The notes under the pieces were generated by a model. It was not told the origin of the DNA, searched no databases, and worked only from the letters and a program-made list of their open reading frames with translations. Shown here piece after piece: positions 50,708-62,597 of a stretch of DNA of 64,000 nucleotides (positions are counted from its first letter, which is position 1; every line of letters starts with the position of its first letter). The stretch covers positions 3,168,001-3,232,000 of the forward strand of contig OY970194.1 of NCBI GenBank assembly GCA_963708075.1, given 5' to 3'. Position numbers and translations under genes: made by a program. Source of the stretch: Sedimentisphaerales bacterium. GTDB lineage: Bacteria > Planctomycetota > Phycisphaerae > Sedimentisphaerales > Anaerobacaceae.

Positions 50708-50884
50708 GGCGACACGAGATTCTCAATCGCAACCCGCCTTACGGCATCACTCAGGACGGGCGGGCGTCATTTCAGGCTTGACGCGGCGCCGCGAGTCAAT
50801 AGAGTGGATAGCAAAGGGGCAGGCCGATGCGTCTGCCGGTTTTGACAGGGGCGAGGATGGCCCGTTCGCCAGATTGAGAAGGAG

Positions 50885-52216
50885 ATGACCATGCCTATGA
50901 ATCGCCGGACATTTCTCACAAGCTCGATTGCCACCGGGTTGGCCCTCAACTTCCCCGCCGTGGCAGGCGCGCAGCAGAATAAGACCTATCGCACGGCCCT
51001 CATCGGTTGCGGCTGGTGGGGCACGAATATCCTGCGGGAGGCGATGGCGTCGGGGCGATGCAAGCTGGCGGCGCTGGTGGATGTGGATCAGCGACAGATT
51101 GCCAGGTGCGCCGCGGAGGCGGGCAAATGGACGAGCGATCAGCCCAGGCAGTACGAGGACTATCGCGAGATGCTGGAGAAGGACAAGCCCGACATAGCCA
51201 TCGTGGCCACGCCCGACCACTGGCACGCCCTGCCGATGATCGCGGCGGTCAAGGCCGGCGCCCACGTGTACGTGGAGAAGCCCATCAGCCACACGATCAT
51301 GGAGGGCCGGGCTATGGTCAACGCGGCCCGAGCGGCCAACCGCGTCGTCCAGGTGGGGACGCACCGGCGGGTCTCGCCGCACAATGTCTCGGGCAGGGAG
51401 TTTCTACAGGAGGGAAAAGCGGGGAAGATCGGGATGGTTCGCTGCTTTGTGCTTTCCGGCGGAAACGGTCCGGAGGAGCCGAAGAAGATCGTCGAGCCTC
51501 CGAAGGAGCTGAACTGGGACCGGTGGTGCGGCCCGGCTCCGATGCGACCGTACAGCGGCGGCATTCACCCGCGAAGCTGGCGCAGCTATCTCGATTATGC
51601 CAACGGGACGTTAGGCGACTGGGGCGTCCACTGGCTCGACCAGGTCCGCTGGATCATGGAAAGGAAGTCGCCACACACGGTATTCTCCGCCGGTGGCCGG
51701 CCCATCAAAGGCAAGCCCGTCCTCACGCAGGAGCACCAGACGACCGATGCGCCCGACCATCAGGTCGCGACCTATGAATTCGACGACCTGACAGTGACGT
51801 GGGAGCATCGCCAGTTCTCCGGCAACCCCGCGGAGAAATCCGAAAGCGTCGGCTGCTTCTTCTATGGCACAAAGGGGACGTTCCACCTGGGCTGGCAGCG
51901 AGGATGGACGTTTTATCCGATCGGGCGGGGTGAGCAGGAGATTCACGAGGAGCCCAAGCTCAACCAGCCGGACGACCAGAACATCAAGGAACTTTGGGCC
52001 GACTTCCTCAACGCTATCGAGACCGGCAAACGCCCGATCAGCGACATCGAGGAAGTCCACTACTCCACGGTCATGAGCCTGCTTGGAATGCTGTCGATGA
52101 AGCTCGGCCGAAGCGTCAAATGGGACGGCGACCACGAGACATGCATCAACGACGCGCAAGCCAATCAACTGCTCCGGCGCGAGTATCGCAAGCCGTGGAT
52201 CTATCCTGAGGTGTGA
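50885..52216 (+). CDS. Gfo/Idh/MocA oxidoreductase with Tat signal
   Basis: NRRTFL, IGCGWWG, ATPDHWH, VYVEKP, DWGVHWLD. Confidence 0.92.
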   Translation: MTMPMNRRTFLTSSIATGLALNFPAVAGAQQNKTYRTALIGCGWWGTNILREAMASGRCKLAALVDVDQRQIARCAAEAGKWTSDQPRQYEDYREMLEKDKPDIAIVATPDHWHALPMIAAVKAGAHVYVEKPISHTIMEGRAMVNAARAANRVVQVGTHRRVSPHNVSGREFLQEGKAGKIGMVRCFVLSGGNGPEEPKKIVEPPKELNWDRWCGPAPMRPYSGGIHPRSWRSYLDYANGTLGDWGVHWLDQVRWIMERKSPHTVFSAGGRPIKGKPVLTQEHQTTDAPDHQVATYEFDDLTVTWEHRQFSGNPAEKSESVGCFFYGTKGTFHLGWQRGWTFYPIGRGEQEIHEEPKLNQPDDQNIKELWADFLNAIETGKRPISDIEEVHYSTVMSLLGMLSMKLGRSVKWDGDHETCINDAQANQLLRREYRKPWIYPEV

Positions 52217-52222
52217 CCCGGA

Positions 52223-53050
52223 CTACCATCCTTTTCTGGCGACGAGCACGGGGATGGTGAGCACGAGGATATAGAGATTCAGGAGGAATGATCTCCTCTG
52301 AATATAGAGGCAGTCGTATTTGACTTTGTGGTCGGGCTTGAGGTCATAGACGCTTCTCACCTGGGCCAGGCCGGTCAGTCCCGGTTTCACGGACAACCGG
52401 ACGCCTTGCAGGGCCTTGTGTCGCGCTACGAAGTAGGGCCTCTCCGGCCGGGGCCCAACGAGGCTCATTTCTCCCCGCAGGATGTTCCACAACTGCGGCA
52501 GCTCGTCGATACGCATCCTTCGAAGAACGCGGCCGACAGGCGTGACACGGTCATCATCCTTGGCCGCCCACACCGGCCCGATATGCTTCTCCGCATCGTT
52601 GACCATGGTGCGAAACTTGTAGAGCGTAAAGAGCCTTCCATTTTCGCCCACCCGTTCCTGCCTGTACAGAACCGGGCCGTGTGAAGTCAGCTTGACAAGC
52701 AGCGCAACGACAAGGATCACGGGGAAAGTGACGCTGAGGATCGCCAGCGCACCGGCGATGTCGAGCAAGCGAATCAGCACTTCCGCGGTATGGGGAAGCC
52801 GCTCCGTGCAAGCCCCGGTCGAATCCAGTGACGGCTGTGCCTCTTCCACCACATGCGAAGAGCTGGGGATCGGGCGAAGCTCAGCACATTTCTGCTTCCG
52901 CGATCTTCGTTGTTCAGCAGAGATTCCCCCTGCCATACCCCCCAGTTGCAGGACACCAACTTGTACACTCTGTTCCATAAGCTGCCTTATGTCTCCCTGC
53001 CGGCAGCCTGCGAAGCTCGGACTCACCATGAAATCCGACCCCCCGGTCAC
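52223..53050 (-). CDS. Priming sugar transferase (polyprenyl-phosphate phosphoglycosyl transferase)
   Basis: [40 protein letters not shown]. Start uncertain. Confidence 0.9.
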   Translation of the reverse strand: MTGGSDFMVSPSFAGCRQGDIRQLMEQSVQVGVLQLGGMAGGISAEQRRSRKQKCAELRPIPSSSHVVEEAQPSLDSTGACTERLPHTAEVLIRLLDIAGALAILSVTFPVILVVALLVKLTSHGPVLYRQERVGENGRLFTLYKFRTMVNDAEKHIGPVWAAKDDDRVTPVGRVLRRMRIDELPQLWNILRGEMSLVGPRPERPYFVARHKALQGVRLSVKPGLTGLAQVRSVYDLKPDHKVKYDCLYIQRRSFLLNLYILVLTIPVLVARKGW

Positions 53051-53466
53051 CGGCCTGGCTAGGATACGCAGCCCCTCGACCCGCGAGTACCAGATAACGA
53101 ATTACAGGGGACCAGTGTCCCCATGTGACACGAATACTGTCCGATAACAGCGGAACTCGCATTCAGGAAATTCCTGTATGGAATCCCTGCCTGCTGCGGT
53201 GTTGTCCGCTCTCGTATTGAACTCCTGCTCGATTTCCATCTCGACAATGGATCATATGCCAATAAAGTTCGTATGTCATATATCGGCAACAGGGTCACGG
53301 TACTATAAACTGATTTTCAGCAACTACGAAAGACCTCCGGCCCTGTCACAAGAAAACTCTCCAGGGGACCGATAATCCTCCGCCACATCGAGGAGTGAGG
53401 TGAATTATGGGCTGGTGGGACAAACAGATGAGCCGGTTTGTGGCACCGGCGGATCAGGAAGTGCGT

Positions 53467-54792
53467 CTACTCGCACTCGTTGCCCGGTTGCGAGGGCCGG
53501 CCGACACAGTGGTACTCAAGGCCTGCCTGCCTGGCCCTGCCGGGGTCGTAGAGGTTTCGCCCGTCAAAGACGAGCGGCCGCTTCAATCGGCTTCGAATCG
53601 CGTCAAAATCCGGCGTCCTGAACTCCTGCCAATCGGTCAGCACGATCAGCGCGTCACTGCCATCCAGGGCCTCGTAGGAATTCGTGCAAAGCTGGATCTG
53701 CCCGTTGAGAGCCGTCAGAGCGGCCTGCCCCGCCTCCGGATCGTATGCCTTCACCCTCATGCCCCAGTCCAGGAATCTCCTGACGCAGTACAGCGCCGGT
53801 GATTCCCGGATGTCATCGGTATTGGCCTTGAACGCAAGCCCCCACACGGCGACCGTGACGCTACGCTCCTGTCCGGCGAAGTGTTCTCGCACTCGTTCCG
53901 CAAACCGCTCCCTCGCCGTCTGATTGACCCGCCACACGGCCTGGACGAGATCCATCGCGAGCCCGTGCGACTGGCCCGTGTGGATCAGCGAGGTAATGTC
54001 CTTGGGAAAGCAACTGCCGCCGAACCCCACGCCCGGGAACAGAAAGGCGGGCCCGATGCGAGGATCCGACCCCAGGCCCCGCCGGACGGACTCGACATCC
54101 GCCCCTGCTTCCTCACAGAGATATGCAATCTCGTTCATGAAGGAAATCCGCGTCGCCAGCATCGCATTGGCGGCATATTTGGTCATCTCGGCGGACATGG
54201 GGTCCATGCACAGAATCCTGTTGGATTTCCGCATGAACGGCGCGTAGAGCTCGGCCATGACCTCCCTGGCGTGGGGACTGGTCGTCCCGATGATGACCCT
54301 GTCCGGCCGCATGAAGTCTTCCACGGCTGCGCCCTCTTTCAGGAATTCCGGATTCGCCACGTAGTCGAATGGCACGCTCGTCCGGGAGCGCAGCGCCGTG
54401 ATGATCCGCGTATGCGTGCCCACGGGCACCGTGCTCTTCGTCACGATGATCCGGTATTCTTCCAGCAGCCCGCCGATCTGGGCCACCACGGCGTCAATGT
54501 GCGACAGATTCGTCGAGCCATCCGCCGCAGCGGGCGTGCCGACAGCGAGAATGATGATCAAGGACCGGCGCACTGCCTCCTGCAAATCCGTGGTGAATCG
54601 CAGCCGCCCGGACCGCAGATTCCGCTGGACAAGCCTCTCCAGGTCCGGCTCATAGATCGGGACAGCCCCCTCGCACAGCCGTGCGATCCGCCCCTCGTCC
54701 TTGTCCACACAGACTACTTCATTTCCCGCCTCCGCCAGACAAGCCGCGGAAACCAACCCCACATAGCCCGCACCCACTGTGCAGATTCTCAT
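53467..54792 (-). CDS. ugd: UDP-glucose 6-dehydrogenase
   Basis: GAGYVG, KSTVPVG, NPEFLKEG, GFGGSCFPKD, GLAFK. Confidence 0.93.
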   Translation of the reverse strand: MRICTVGAGYVGLVSAACLAEAGNEVVCVDKDEGRIARLCEGAVPIYEPDLERLVQRNLRSGRLRFTTDLQEAVRRSLIIILAVGTPAAADGSTNLSHIDAVVAQIGGLLEEYRIIVTKSTVPVGTHTRIITALRSRTSVPFDYVANPEFLKEGAAVEDFMRPDRVIIGTTSPHAREVMAELYAPFMRKSNRILCMDPMSAEMTKYAANAMLATRISFMNEIAYLCEEAGADVESVRRGLGSDPRIGPAFLFPGVGFGGSCFPKDITSLIHTGQSHGLAMDLVQAVWRVNQTARERFAERVREHFAGQERSVTVAVWGLAFKANTDDIRESPALYCVRRFLDWGMRVKAYDPEAGQAALTALNGQIQLCTNSYEALDGSDALIVLTDWQEFRTPDFDAIRSRLKRPLVFDGRNLYDPGRARQAGLEYHCVGRPSQPGNECE

Positions 54793-54829
54793 CGGTTGCT
54801 CCCATCATATCGGCCGTGATGCATTCTGT

Positions 54830-56245
54830 TCATTTTCTATCAGATATGGGTATTTCGTCGTCCAACGGAGCTTGCTTGCGTGCCTGCCCCGGCGATGACT
54901 TGTGTGCATGGGCAGGCTTCCGCTCCGGGAGTCTCTCATCGATTCGGCCCTTCAAGGTGTCCTCTCGGCTAAATTGAGACGCCAATCGACGATACTGCCA
55001 CTGGTTGTCTGTCCCCGTCGCCGGGCCGAGGCTGCGATTCGGGACCACGGAAGCAAAGACTCTCATAAGGGCCTCCACGGCCCGTTCCCTTGTGTACCCG
55101 TTCCGTACCACCTGGGGGTTCCTGTACGCCAGCAGCCGCAGGCGCTGGTAGTCCCGCATAAGTTGCTCCAGGGCTTGCTCCAGGTCCTGCTGATTGCCTG
55201 GCCGGTAACATAGGTTCGCCCCTGTCGATTCCAGGATCTCCCGGCCCTCTCCGGACACGCCGGCCAGAATCGGTCTGCCCGCTGCCATGCAGTCGAAGAC
55301 TTTCGAAGGGATTGTCCTCTCGAACGTCTTGTCCGGGCGGAGATTCACGGACAAAGCGGCGGCGTGCGACATCTCCCGCGCCGCGTCCTGCCGGGAAACA
55401 GGGGGCATGAAGACGATGCTGTCGCTCGCCCCGAGGTCTCTTACGAGCTTCTTCAGGTCGTCCTCTACGGCCCCGGTCCCCAGGAGCTTCATGATCCATT
55501 TGCTGTGACCATTCCTGCCATGCACGTTCGTCCACGCGCGGATCAACAGGTCGAGTTGCTGGACCCTGCCGAGATTACCTGCATAGAGGAGTGTATGGTC
55601 GCTCGAGGGGCCGTGACGCCCGTCGGGTCCGTCCGCAATGTCCGATGCCTTCGCCCCGTTGTACACGATGGTCACAGAAGTCCTGGTCTTTGCACGGATG
55701 TATTCCTGCATCGGCCGAGCCACACACGTAATATGAGCGGCTTGATGATAGACGTACTGCTCCATCCTCTCGCCGATGCGGTAGGCCCTTCCCCCTGCCG
55801 ATAGTTGCCCTGCCCCGACGGCGGATGCAGGCCAGATATCCCGGATATCGACCACCAGAGGGATTCGAAACAGCCGGGACAGCACCACGCCGCTAAGGCC
55901 CACAAACAATGGAGGAGAGCTGGCCCAGATCACGTCGGGTTTCCAGTGAACCAGCCGATGCTTCACTCCAAGCCAGGCGCTTCCCACCATGAAGGACACA
56001 TAATGCCTGATGTAGTTGAGGAACCCTCCCCCATTCAAATGAGTGACCCTGGTCCGCAATACACGGGAGATCTGACAGTCGTATTCCGCCACGGAATCCC
56101 CGTCGGCCTGTGACCTGTGCGGCAAGGCTGTGATCACGTGGACCTCATGGCCATTGGCCTCCAGGAGCCGAGCGGTATCGAAGATTCGAAAGGCCGCCGC
56201 CGTGATGTCGGGAGGGAAGTATTGAGCAATAATCAGTATCTTCAC
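54830..56245 (-). CDS. Glycosyltransferase family 4 (WbuB-like)
   Basis: KILIIAQYFPP, SSPPLF, DIRDIWP, YAGNLG, PSKVFD. GTG start. Confidence 0.9.
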   Translation of the reverse strand: MKILIIAQYFPPDITAAAFRIFDTARLLEANGHEVHVITALPHRSQADGDSVAEYDCQISRVLRTRVTHLNGGGFLNYIRHYVSFMVGSAWLGVKHRLVHWKPDVIWASSPPLFVGLSGVVLSRLFRIPLVVDIRDIWPASAVGAGQLSAGGRAYRIGERMEQYVYHQAAHITCVARPMQEYIRAKTRTSVTIVYNGAKASDIADGPDGRHGPSSDHTLLYAGNLGRVQQLDLLIRAWTNVHGRNGHSKWIMKLLGTGAVEDDLKKLVRDLGASDSIVFMPPVSRQDAAREMSHAAALSVNLRPDKTFERTIPSKVFDCMAAGRPILAGVSGEGREILESTGANLCYRPGNQQDLEQALEQLMRDYQRLRLLAYRNPQVVRNGYTRERAVEALMRVFASVVPNRSLGPATGTDNQWQYRRLASQFSREDTLKGRIDERLPERKPAHAHKSSPGQARKQAPLDDEIPISDRK

Positions 56246-56261
56246 GCCGTTCCTCAAAACT

Positions 56262-57945
56262 TCAAGGTGTGGTTTTGCTTCGTATCCTGTACCTGATTTC
56301 GACTTCACACCCTCGGCCGACCATGCATAAACAGGGACGAGTCCGGACCTCGTAGAACCGCTCGAAATAGGGCGTCTCCTCCACTCGAACGTCGCAGTTC
56401 GTCTCCACCGCAAAGTCCCCTCCCGGGTGCGACACATGCACAAGACGGCTGCTCACGTCGGCCACATGGCACGCGGGATGGAGGTGCAAACGAGAGATAC
56501 ACTGAACGGGCCGCCGCGCTGTGATCCTGTCATGCACGGTCAGGCCTTCGGCCGTACTCCACTGCATCTGCCTGGCGTGCGTCGGCTTGCCGGGCAACCT
56601 GCGGTAACCGTCATGCCATCCGCTCAGTGTGAAGCCCCTCTCGTCGCAACGCCACGTGACGTCACGCGGATAGCCGCGCCTGGCCACGCGAAAGGCGCCC
56701 CACAACTCACATTGGTCCTGACCATCGATCTCGACGGTGTTGTGGGCGGCCGTGGAACGACAGTATCGACGCACCGCAGAATCCTCGTAGTCGTGGACCC
56801 CGGAATCGGTGACGACCCGATGGCCGTTCAGGGACAACTCGAAGTTGAAGATGTCCGCATGTCCGTGGCCGGGAATGTAGTCGGGACCGATTCGGCCGAA
56901 GTCCGCAATGAGGTATGTGCCGTCGGAGCCCCGCCATCCATAGTAGCCGGAAGCCGGCAAGCTGAAGCCGCCGGAGGAAGCACTCTCGATCCCTGGGCCG
57001 GGCAGATGGCGAGCGCAGTACGTCAGCAAGCGCTCCGGATCATGGTACACGCCATGAGCGCTATCACTCAGCAGGGCGATCTTGCCGTCAGGGTGGCGCA
57101 ATTCGTCAAGGGCTCGCGCCATTCGATGAGCCGGCTCCGCCAGGAGAGCCGTAAGCTCTTCAACCTCAGCCTCCATGAGTACCGCCAGCACATACAGGAT
57201 ACGGCAGTGGTACATGGGAGACAGCTCAAAGTGCACGCCATCCGGGAGGATCTGCTTGCGAATCTCCCTGGAGAGAATCCGCATTCCCCGGTTGAGCCAT
57301 TTGCGGGCATGCTCTCCCCGGAAGCAGGCCCCCGCAAAGGCCAATGCAGCCGCGTTCTCAAGATAATGGTTGCCCAGCAGATGCGTTTCGACGTGCCTGC
57401 TGAGCCAGTCACATTGCGCGTACAGGCTCTCCCAAAGGGCGTCGCAGAAGCCGCGGTCGCTCTCTGTGTCGTCCTTGAAGCGTCCAAAGAAGAAGCCGCA
57501 CCAGTTGATCAGCCTCAGGGATGTCGGATAGGGATCCCAACCCACGTCGCGGCCGGAACATCTGCACTTGCCAATCCAGTCCAGTACGACCCGCTTGCCC
57601 GCATTGAAATCCAGGACCCACAGCCAGTCAAAGTAATGGAGGTTGTAGAGCCACAGCTTTGGCTGGCTGTCCCCGTCCCAGCGTGGAGGGAAGCCGATCT
57701 CGCGTGACATGTTCAGGAATCGAAAGATACCTTTGCTGATCGCATTCTCTTGGATGCCCTCGGTCGCAGGAGGCAGTATGTCCTTCGCAAGAGTCCATTG
57801 ACAGCCTGGAAAATCCGGCGCTCGGTCAGACTCCCTTGGCAGCCGTCGGTCTTTCGTGGCAACCGCATACCGTCGAGCTTGCCCGTATAATTGCTCCGCG
57901 CAGATAGCGGATTGTGCTCAGGAGACGAGTCAAACGGCCGCGCAT
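56262..57945 (-). CDS. Heparinase II/III-family protein, frameshift near 57897
   Basis: MRGRLTRLLSTIRYLR|EQLYGQ..., LWLYNLHY, LLGNHY, ELSPMYH, PGHGHAD, RSTAAHNT. Confidence 0.82.
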
Positions 57946-60141
57946 CCCACCTCAACACAAGAGTGAGCAGGCTGCCCTTTCCTCTCCAGCCGAGATGCCC
58001 CTGCTGTTTCGCGAAGGCAGATTACTTTGTGCTCTCTTGCCGCCTCCACGGCTGCAATACTTGCCGACGTAACGTTCGCCAGCTCTTCATAGGGAATCAG
58101 CGGACCGCCGCCGCGGGCCACGCGGTCCACGAACGCCTGAATCTCCGTCATATGGCCCTTATCCTGGCGTCTGGTCTTGAATGTCCTGTCGCGCCCGAAG
58201 CCGTACGTCCGGGTCACACGGAAATTCTCCAGGCGAACGATCCGGCCGTCGCAGAAGACCTCAAGGCTCTCCTTGGGATACCTCTTGCACCCGTTGGCAA
58301 AGTAGTTGACGGTCCCGACCGAGCCATCTGCGAAGGTCAGGAGGATAGACATCTTGTCATCGCGTACGGCCGGGCCTTCACCTACCCGTGCCGCAGAGAC
58401 CGTCTCGATGGGACTGCCCGCGAGCCAGGATAGCAGATCGATGAAATGACACCCCTCGCCGATAATGCGTCCTCCCCCCTCTTGCGGGTCCTGAGTCCAG
58501 TGAGTGGCAGGGATCTCGCCGGCATTCACCGTCATTGTCATGCAGATGGGACCGGCTCGACCTGCCAAGTGTTCTTTGATCCTTTGAGTGTGAGCGCTGA
58601 AACGGCGATTGAAACCCACCATGAGCTGCCGATCAGGATGCTGCCTAGCCATGTCCCCGATATCAACCAACTGCGCCATGCTGATCGCGAGCGGCTTCTC
58701 CACAAAGACATGCTTGCCCGCATCCAGGACCTCGCCCGCCAGGGAGGCATGACTGTTGTGGCCGGTCACTACAAAGACGGCGTTCACATCGCCATCATCG
58801 AGGATTTGCCTGTAGTCAGTGACGGCGTTCTCGAACCTGAATTTTCTGGCCGCGTGCACGAGCGAGGCGCCATTGTTCCGGCCCGCAATGTACTTGAGGC
58901 GCGCCCCTGTCCTGCTCAGACATGGCAAGAGCGTGCTGATCGCAAAATTGCCTGCGCCGATGACGCCCACGACGGCTTGGCCGCTCCCGGTCGAGCGACC
59001 CTGTGAAATCGCCACGCGAGCCGTGCGAACCACCTCGTGGGGATATTGAAGGACCACGCCCAGAGCCGAGGGGTCGCTCTCGATCGTCTCATAGGCCTTG
59101 ATGGCCTCGTCGAGGGCATACCTGTGCGTCACCAGGGGCTCGACCCGAAGGGTGCCGCTCGACATCGCGCCCAGCACGGCTTCAAAATTGCGTCCTTCGG
59201 TCCAGCGCCAGGCCATACGGATAGTCCTGTCCCTTCTGCTCGTAGGCCTCATCGTAGCGTCCGGGTCCGTAGCTGCAGGAAACCTGGAACGTCAATTCTT
59301 TTTCGTAGAAGTCGCTTCGCCGCAGGTTCAGACCCACGACACCTACCAGGACAATACGCCCCCGCTTGCGACAGCTCTCGGCGGCCTGGTGAACGATCTC
59401 GTCCGTCTTGGTGCAGGCGGTGATGACGACGCCGTCCGCGCCGTGTTCCGCGGTCCAGGCCTTGGCCGCTTCCGTGGGACTGGCGCCGCCAGACAGGTCG
59501 ACAACCTTCGCCCCGAACTGCTCCGCCAGTTTCAGCCGTTGCGGATTCAAGTCCACGCCCAGAACGTCACACCCACTGGCCCTCAGGAGCTGCACGGTAA
59601 CCAGACCGATCAGGCCCATGCCAAAGACCATGACTTTCTCGCCGAGGCAGGGCTCAAGCAAACGGATGCCTTGCAGAGCGATGCTTGACAGCACCACAAA
59701 GGACGCCTCCTCATCCGTCACATTCTCCGGGACCTTGGCGACCAGGTTGCGCGGCACACAAACGATCTGGGCATGGTTGCCGTTGCTGATGACCCGGTCG
59801 CCCGGCTGCAGGTCCGTAATGCCCTCGCCCACATCGAGCACGACACCCGCGTTGCAGTAGCCCAGCGGCAGCGGCTGGTCGAGCTTTCGGAACACGGCTT
59901 CCAGTGTCGGCAGGACCCCGTCCGCTTTGATCTTGTCCAGCACCTGCTTGACCTTGTCCGGCTGCTGACGGGCCTTCTGGATCAGGTTCGCCTTGCTGAA
60001 CTCCACGAGCATGCGCTCCGTCCCCGCGGAAATCACCGATGCTCGCGTCTGAATCAGCACCTGTCCCCGCCCCGCCTGCGGGCACGGGACTTCCGCGATT
60101 TCCATCTGACCGGTGTTGAGATGCTGCAAGATCTGTTTCAT
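57930..60141 (-). CDS. Bi-domain oxidoreductase (Zn-ADH-like + Gfo/Idh/MocA), frameshift near 59210
   Basis: ISAGTE, PLGYC, SCSYGPGRYD, YPYG|RWTEGRNF, GAGNF, VEKPL, GFNRRFS, GEGCHFID. Confidence 0.88.
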
Positions 60142-61301
60142 TCTGCGGCTGCCTGGATCTCTTGAGGATGATGGTTATTTCCAACACTGTGCAGGACGTC
60201 CACGAACATACCGGCTACGGTATGCCAATCCGGCATGGCGGCGATGCGCTGCCTGCCCTGCTCAACGCGGGCGGTGAGTTCGTCTCGGTCCTCGAACGCC
60301 TGCACCACCGTGCGCGCGATGTCGCCCGGGTCCTGCGGGTCAAAGAAGAACGCCACACTGCCGCACACCTCGCGTGCGAAGTCGCGGTCCGAGGTGAAGA
60401 TCGGCTTGCCGAAGCGCATCGCCTCCACATAAGTCTGGCTGAACGATTCCAGCAGAGTGGGCAGGAGCAGTGCGTCCACGGACGCATAAAGCCGCGGCAC
60501 ATCCTGCATGTCCACAGGGCCTATGTTGCGCACATAGTCGGCCAGGCCCTCCCGTCGAATGCTCTGCATGAGCGCTTTGGCCCTGCTATTCTGGTTGTGC
60601 GCAAAGGTGAGGATGATCTGGAAAGGCGCGTTCGTGTCTTTGAATTGCCGAGCCACGGGCAGCAGGACCTCGATGTTCTTGTGGGAATAGTACCTCGCGA
60701 AGCAAAGCAAGCGGACTCGCGAGCCCCGCGGTCCCAGGGCAGGCAATGGCTGGACTACTTCGCTGGATTCCTGAAGGCTCACTGCGTTGGGAATGACATG
60801 CACGGCCTTGACCCCGTACAACTGACGCAATCGCGCCGCCACGGTTTCGGTCTGGGCCACCATGGCCGATGTGAAGGGCAGTTGACGCCGGAGAAAGACG
60901 CAGCGCAGCTTGCGCCGTATCCAGTCCTGCCATCCCATTCGCCGCCACAGATCGCGATCCGGGTAAACGGCGTACGACCAATGGAACAGGGTCACTTGGG
61001 GTACAGACACGGGCACGGCATAGTTGCCCATGTTGAACACCACATCGGGCCGTTCGTCGCGAACGACCCGCCGCCAGAACGCGCCGCTGGCGGTATGACG
61101 CAACAAACGGCTCTGCAACAAACGCGGCAACGCACGAATCGTAATATTGGAGGCCGCCAGAGCCTCATAGCCTCGTTGAGGCGGGGCGTAGACGATCAGG
61201 TTGTCCTGCCATCCTGCGGTTGCATACGCTTTTAGGAAACTCACGGCAACACTACGCGCACCGGCCGCAGTAAGAGCCACCGCATTGACCAGGATTTTCA
61301 T
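60138..61301 (-). CDS. Glycosyltransferase family 4
   Basis: HKN, PTLLESFS..YVEAM, SDRDFAREVCG, FFDP. Confidence 0.88.
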   Translation of the reverse strand: MKILVNAVALTAAGARSVAVSFLKAYATAGWQDNLIVYAPPQRGYEALAASNITIRALPRLLQSRLLRHTASGAFWRRVVRDERPDVVFNMGNYAVPVSVPQVTLFHWSYAVYPDRDLWRRMGWQDWIRRKLRCVFLRRQLPFTSAMVAQTETVAARLRQLYGVKAVHVIPNAVSLQESSEVVQPLPALGPRGSRVRLLCFARYYSHKNIEVLLPVARQFKDTNAPFQIILTFAHNQNSRAKALMQSIRREGLADYVRNIGPVDMQDVPRLYASVDALLLPTLLESFSQTYVEAMRFGKPIFTSDRDFAREVCGSVAFFFDPQDPGDIARTVVQAFEDRDELTARVEQGRQRIAAMPDWHTVAGMFVDVLHSVGNNHHPQEIQAAAE

Positions 61302-62563
61302 TCTACGTGTTCCCGCCTGACCGGATCTGATGCCCGCAGTGGCAGCCTCTTGCCGGATAATGGCTCCGCTCCAGACAGGCTCTCGTGCGTTTGCCAGGGC
61401 ACTGAGCTCAGGAAGTCGATCATGCCTTGCTTTTCTCTCGCCAGGACATCCATGTCGAGTTGCGTCGGTCGGCGCGTGACGTCCCCGCCACCCACTCTCT
61501 CGATAATGGAGGCTCGGCCGCTTCGTGAAATCAGCATCGCGGGCCGCCCGTATGACATCGTGACCAGGGCGGCGTGAATGCGGTCCGTCAGAGTGAGTTC
61601 CGTCTGACCGTAGAGATTGTAATACGTATAGGGCAGGTCGCCCGCAAAAGCGTTGGGACCGCGAAAGATGCGCCGGAGCATCAACGGGTTCAGGGCATGG
61701 TCGGTGCGCACGATCATCATCTCACCCGCCTGCTTCTGCCGAGTGCCATGCAGCCCCATGGGCCCTAGGGTGAACGCGTAGCCCTTGTCCAGAAGCTGCG
61801 ACAATTTCAGTCGAATCTTCGGGAACTGAAGCAGCCACTCGTGGCCTCTGAAATCGAATCGGACTGACTTGCCCGGCGCCGAGTCCGCAGAGCCGGGCGC
61901 CGACAACGCACCGTTGTTCGAGACGTGAATGAATGGCTCCGGTGTCTTGTCGAAGTTCAGAACGATGTACGGCGGGAGGTCCGTCCGGATGGGCTCGAAA
62001 ACATCGGGCACGAAGTAGGCGCAATCAATGCCGTCATACGAATGCTCTGAGACGTCGCGGAAGATCTCATAAGTCCTGTGATCGCGCGAGATGAATACGT
62101 GGGGAGGGTATTGTTTCAGCAGGTCCCTGCAAAGCTCGATCTCCTTCGGGCTGTAGTCGTAGTGCCCCGCGCCGATGAACAGGACTTTGGTGCCTGCCTG
62201 GTACAGGTGGCGGAACGACTCTCCCCAGATGCGAGGAAACTGCTCGGTGAGGCAACTGCCCGCCACGACGACGTAGTCGGGCCGGATATGATCGAGGTAG
62301 CGCAGGCTGTTGCGAGGCTCGTGACGATAGTTCCGTCCCGGCATCAGATTCAGGAATGCGGCCTGGTCGGTGAGCAGAACGGCCCGGCAGTTGGGGATGG
62401 CCCGCTCCAGGACATACTTGATCCCTTCGGCAAAAAAGGCATTGCCGATGTTAGTGGACCATCCGATAGGGATGGCGACAGTCACCGGCTTACGACCGGT
62501 CAACGGGGTAACCTTCATCAAGGGCGAGTTGACACGCCGAGCGTCGATTATCTCTGAACTCAT
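61298..62563 (-). CDS. Polysaccharide pyruvyl transferase-family protein
   Basis: NIGN, GAG, ISRD..T, TDRIHA..SYG.P motifs. Confidence 0.75.
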   Translation of the reverse strand: MSSEIIDARRVNSPLMKVTPLTGRKPVTVAIPIGWSTNIGNAFFAEGIKYVLERAIPNCRAVLLTDQAAFLNLMPGRNYRHEPRNSLRYLDHIRPDYVVVAGSCLTEQFPRIWGESFRHLYQAGTKVLFIGAGHYDYSPKEIELCRDLLKQYPPHVFISRDHRTYEIFRDVSEHSYDGIDCAYFVPDVFEPIRTDLPPYIVLNFDKTPEPFIHVSNNGALSAPGSADSAPGKSVRFDFRGHEWLLQFPKIRLKLSQLLDKGYAFTLGPMGLHGTRQKQAGEMMIVRTDHALNPLMLRRIFRGPNAFAGDLPYTYYNLYGQTELTLTDRIHAALVTMSYGRPAMLISRSGRASIIERVGGGDVTRRPTQLDMDVLAREKQGMIDFLSSVPWQTHESLSGAEPLSGKRLPLRASDPVRREHVE

Positions 62564-62597
62564 GCGATTCCTTCTGAAGAATGGATCATAATCCGCG

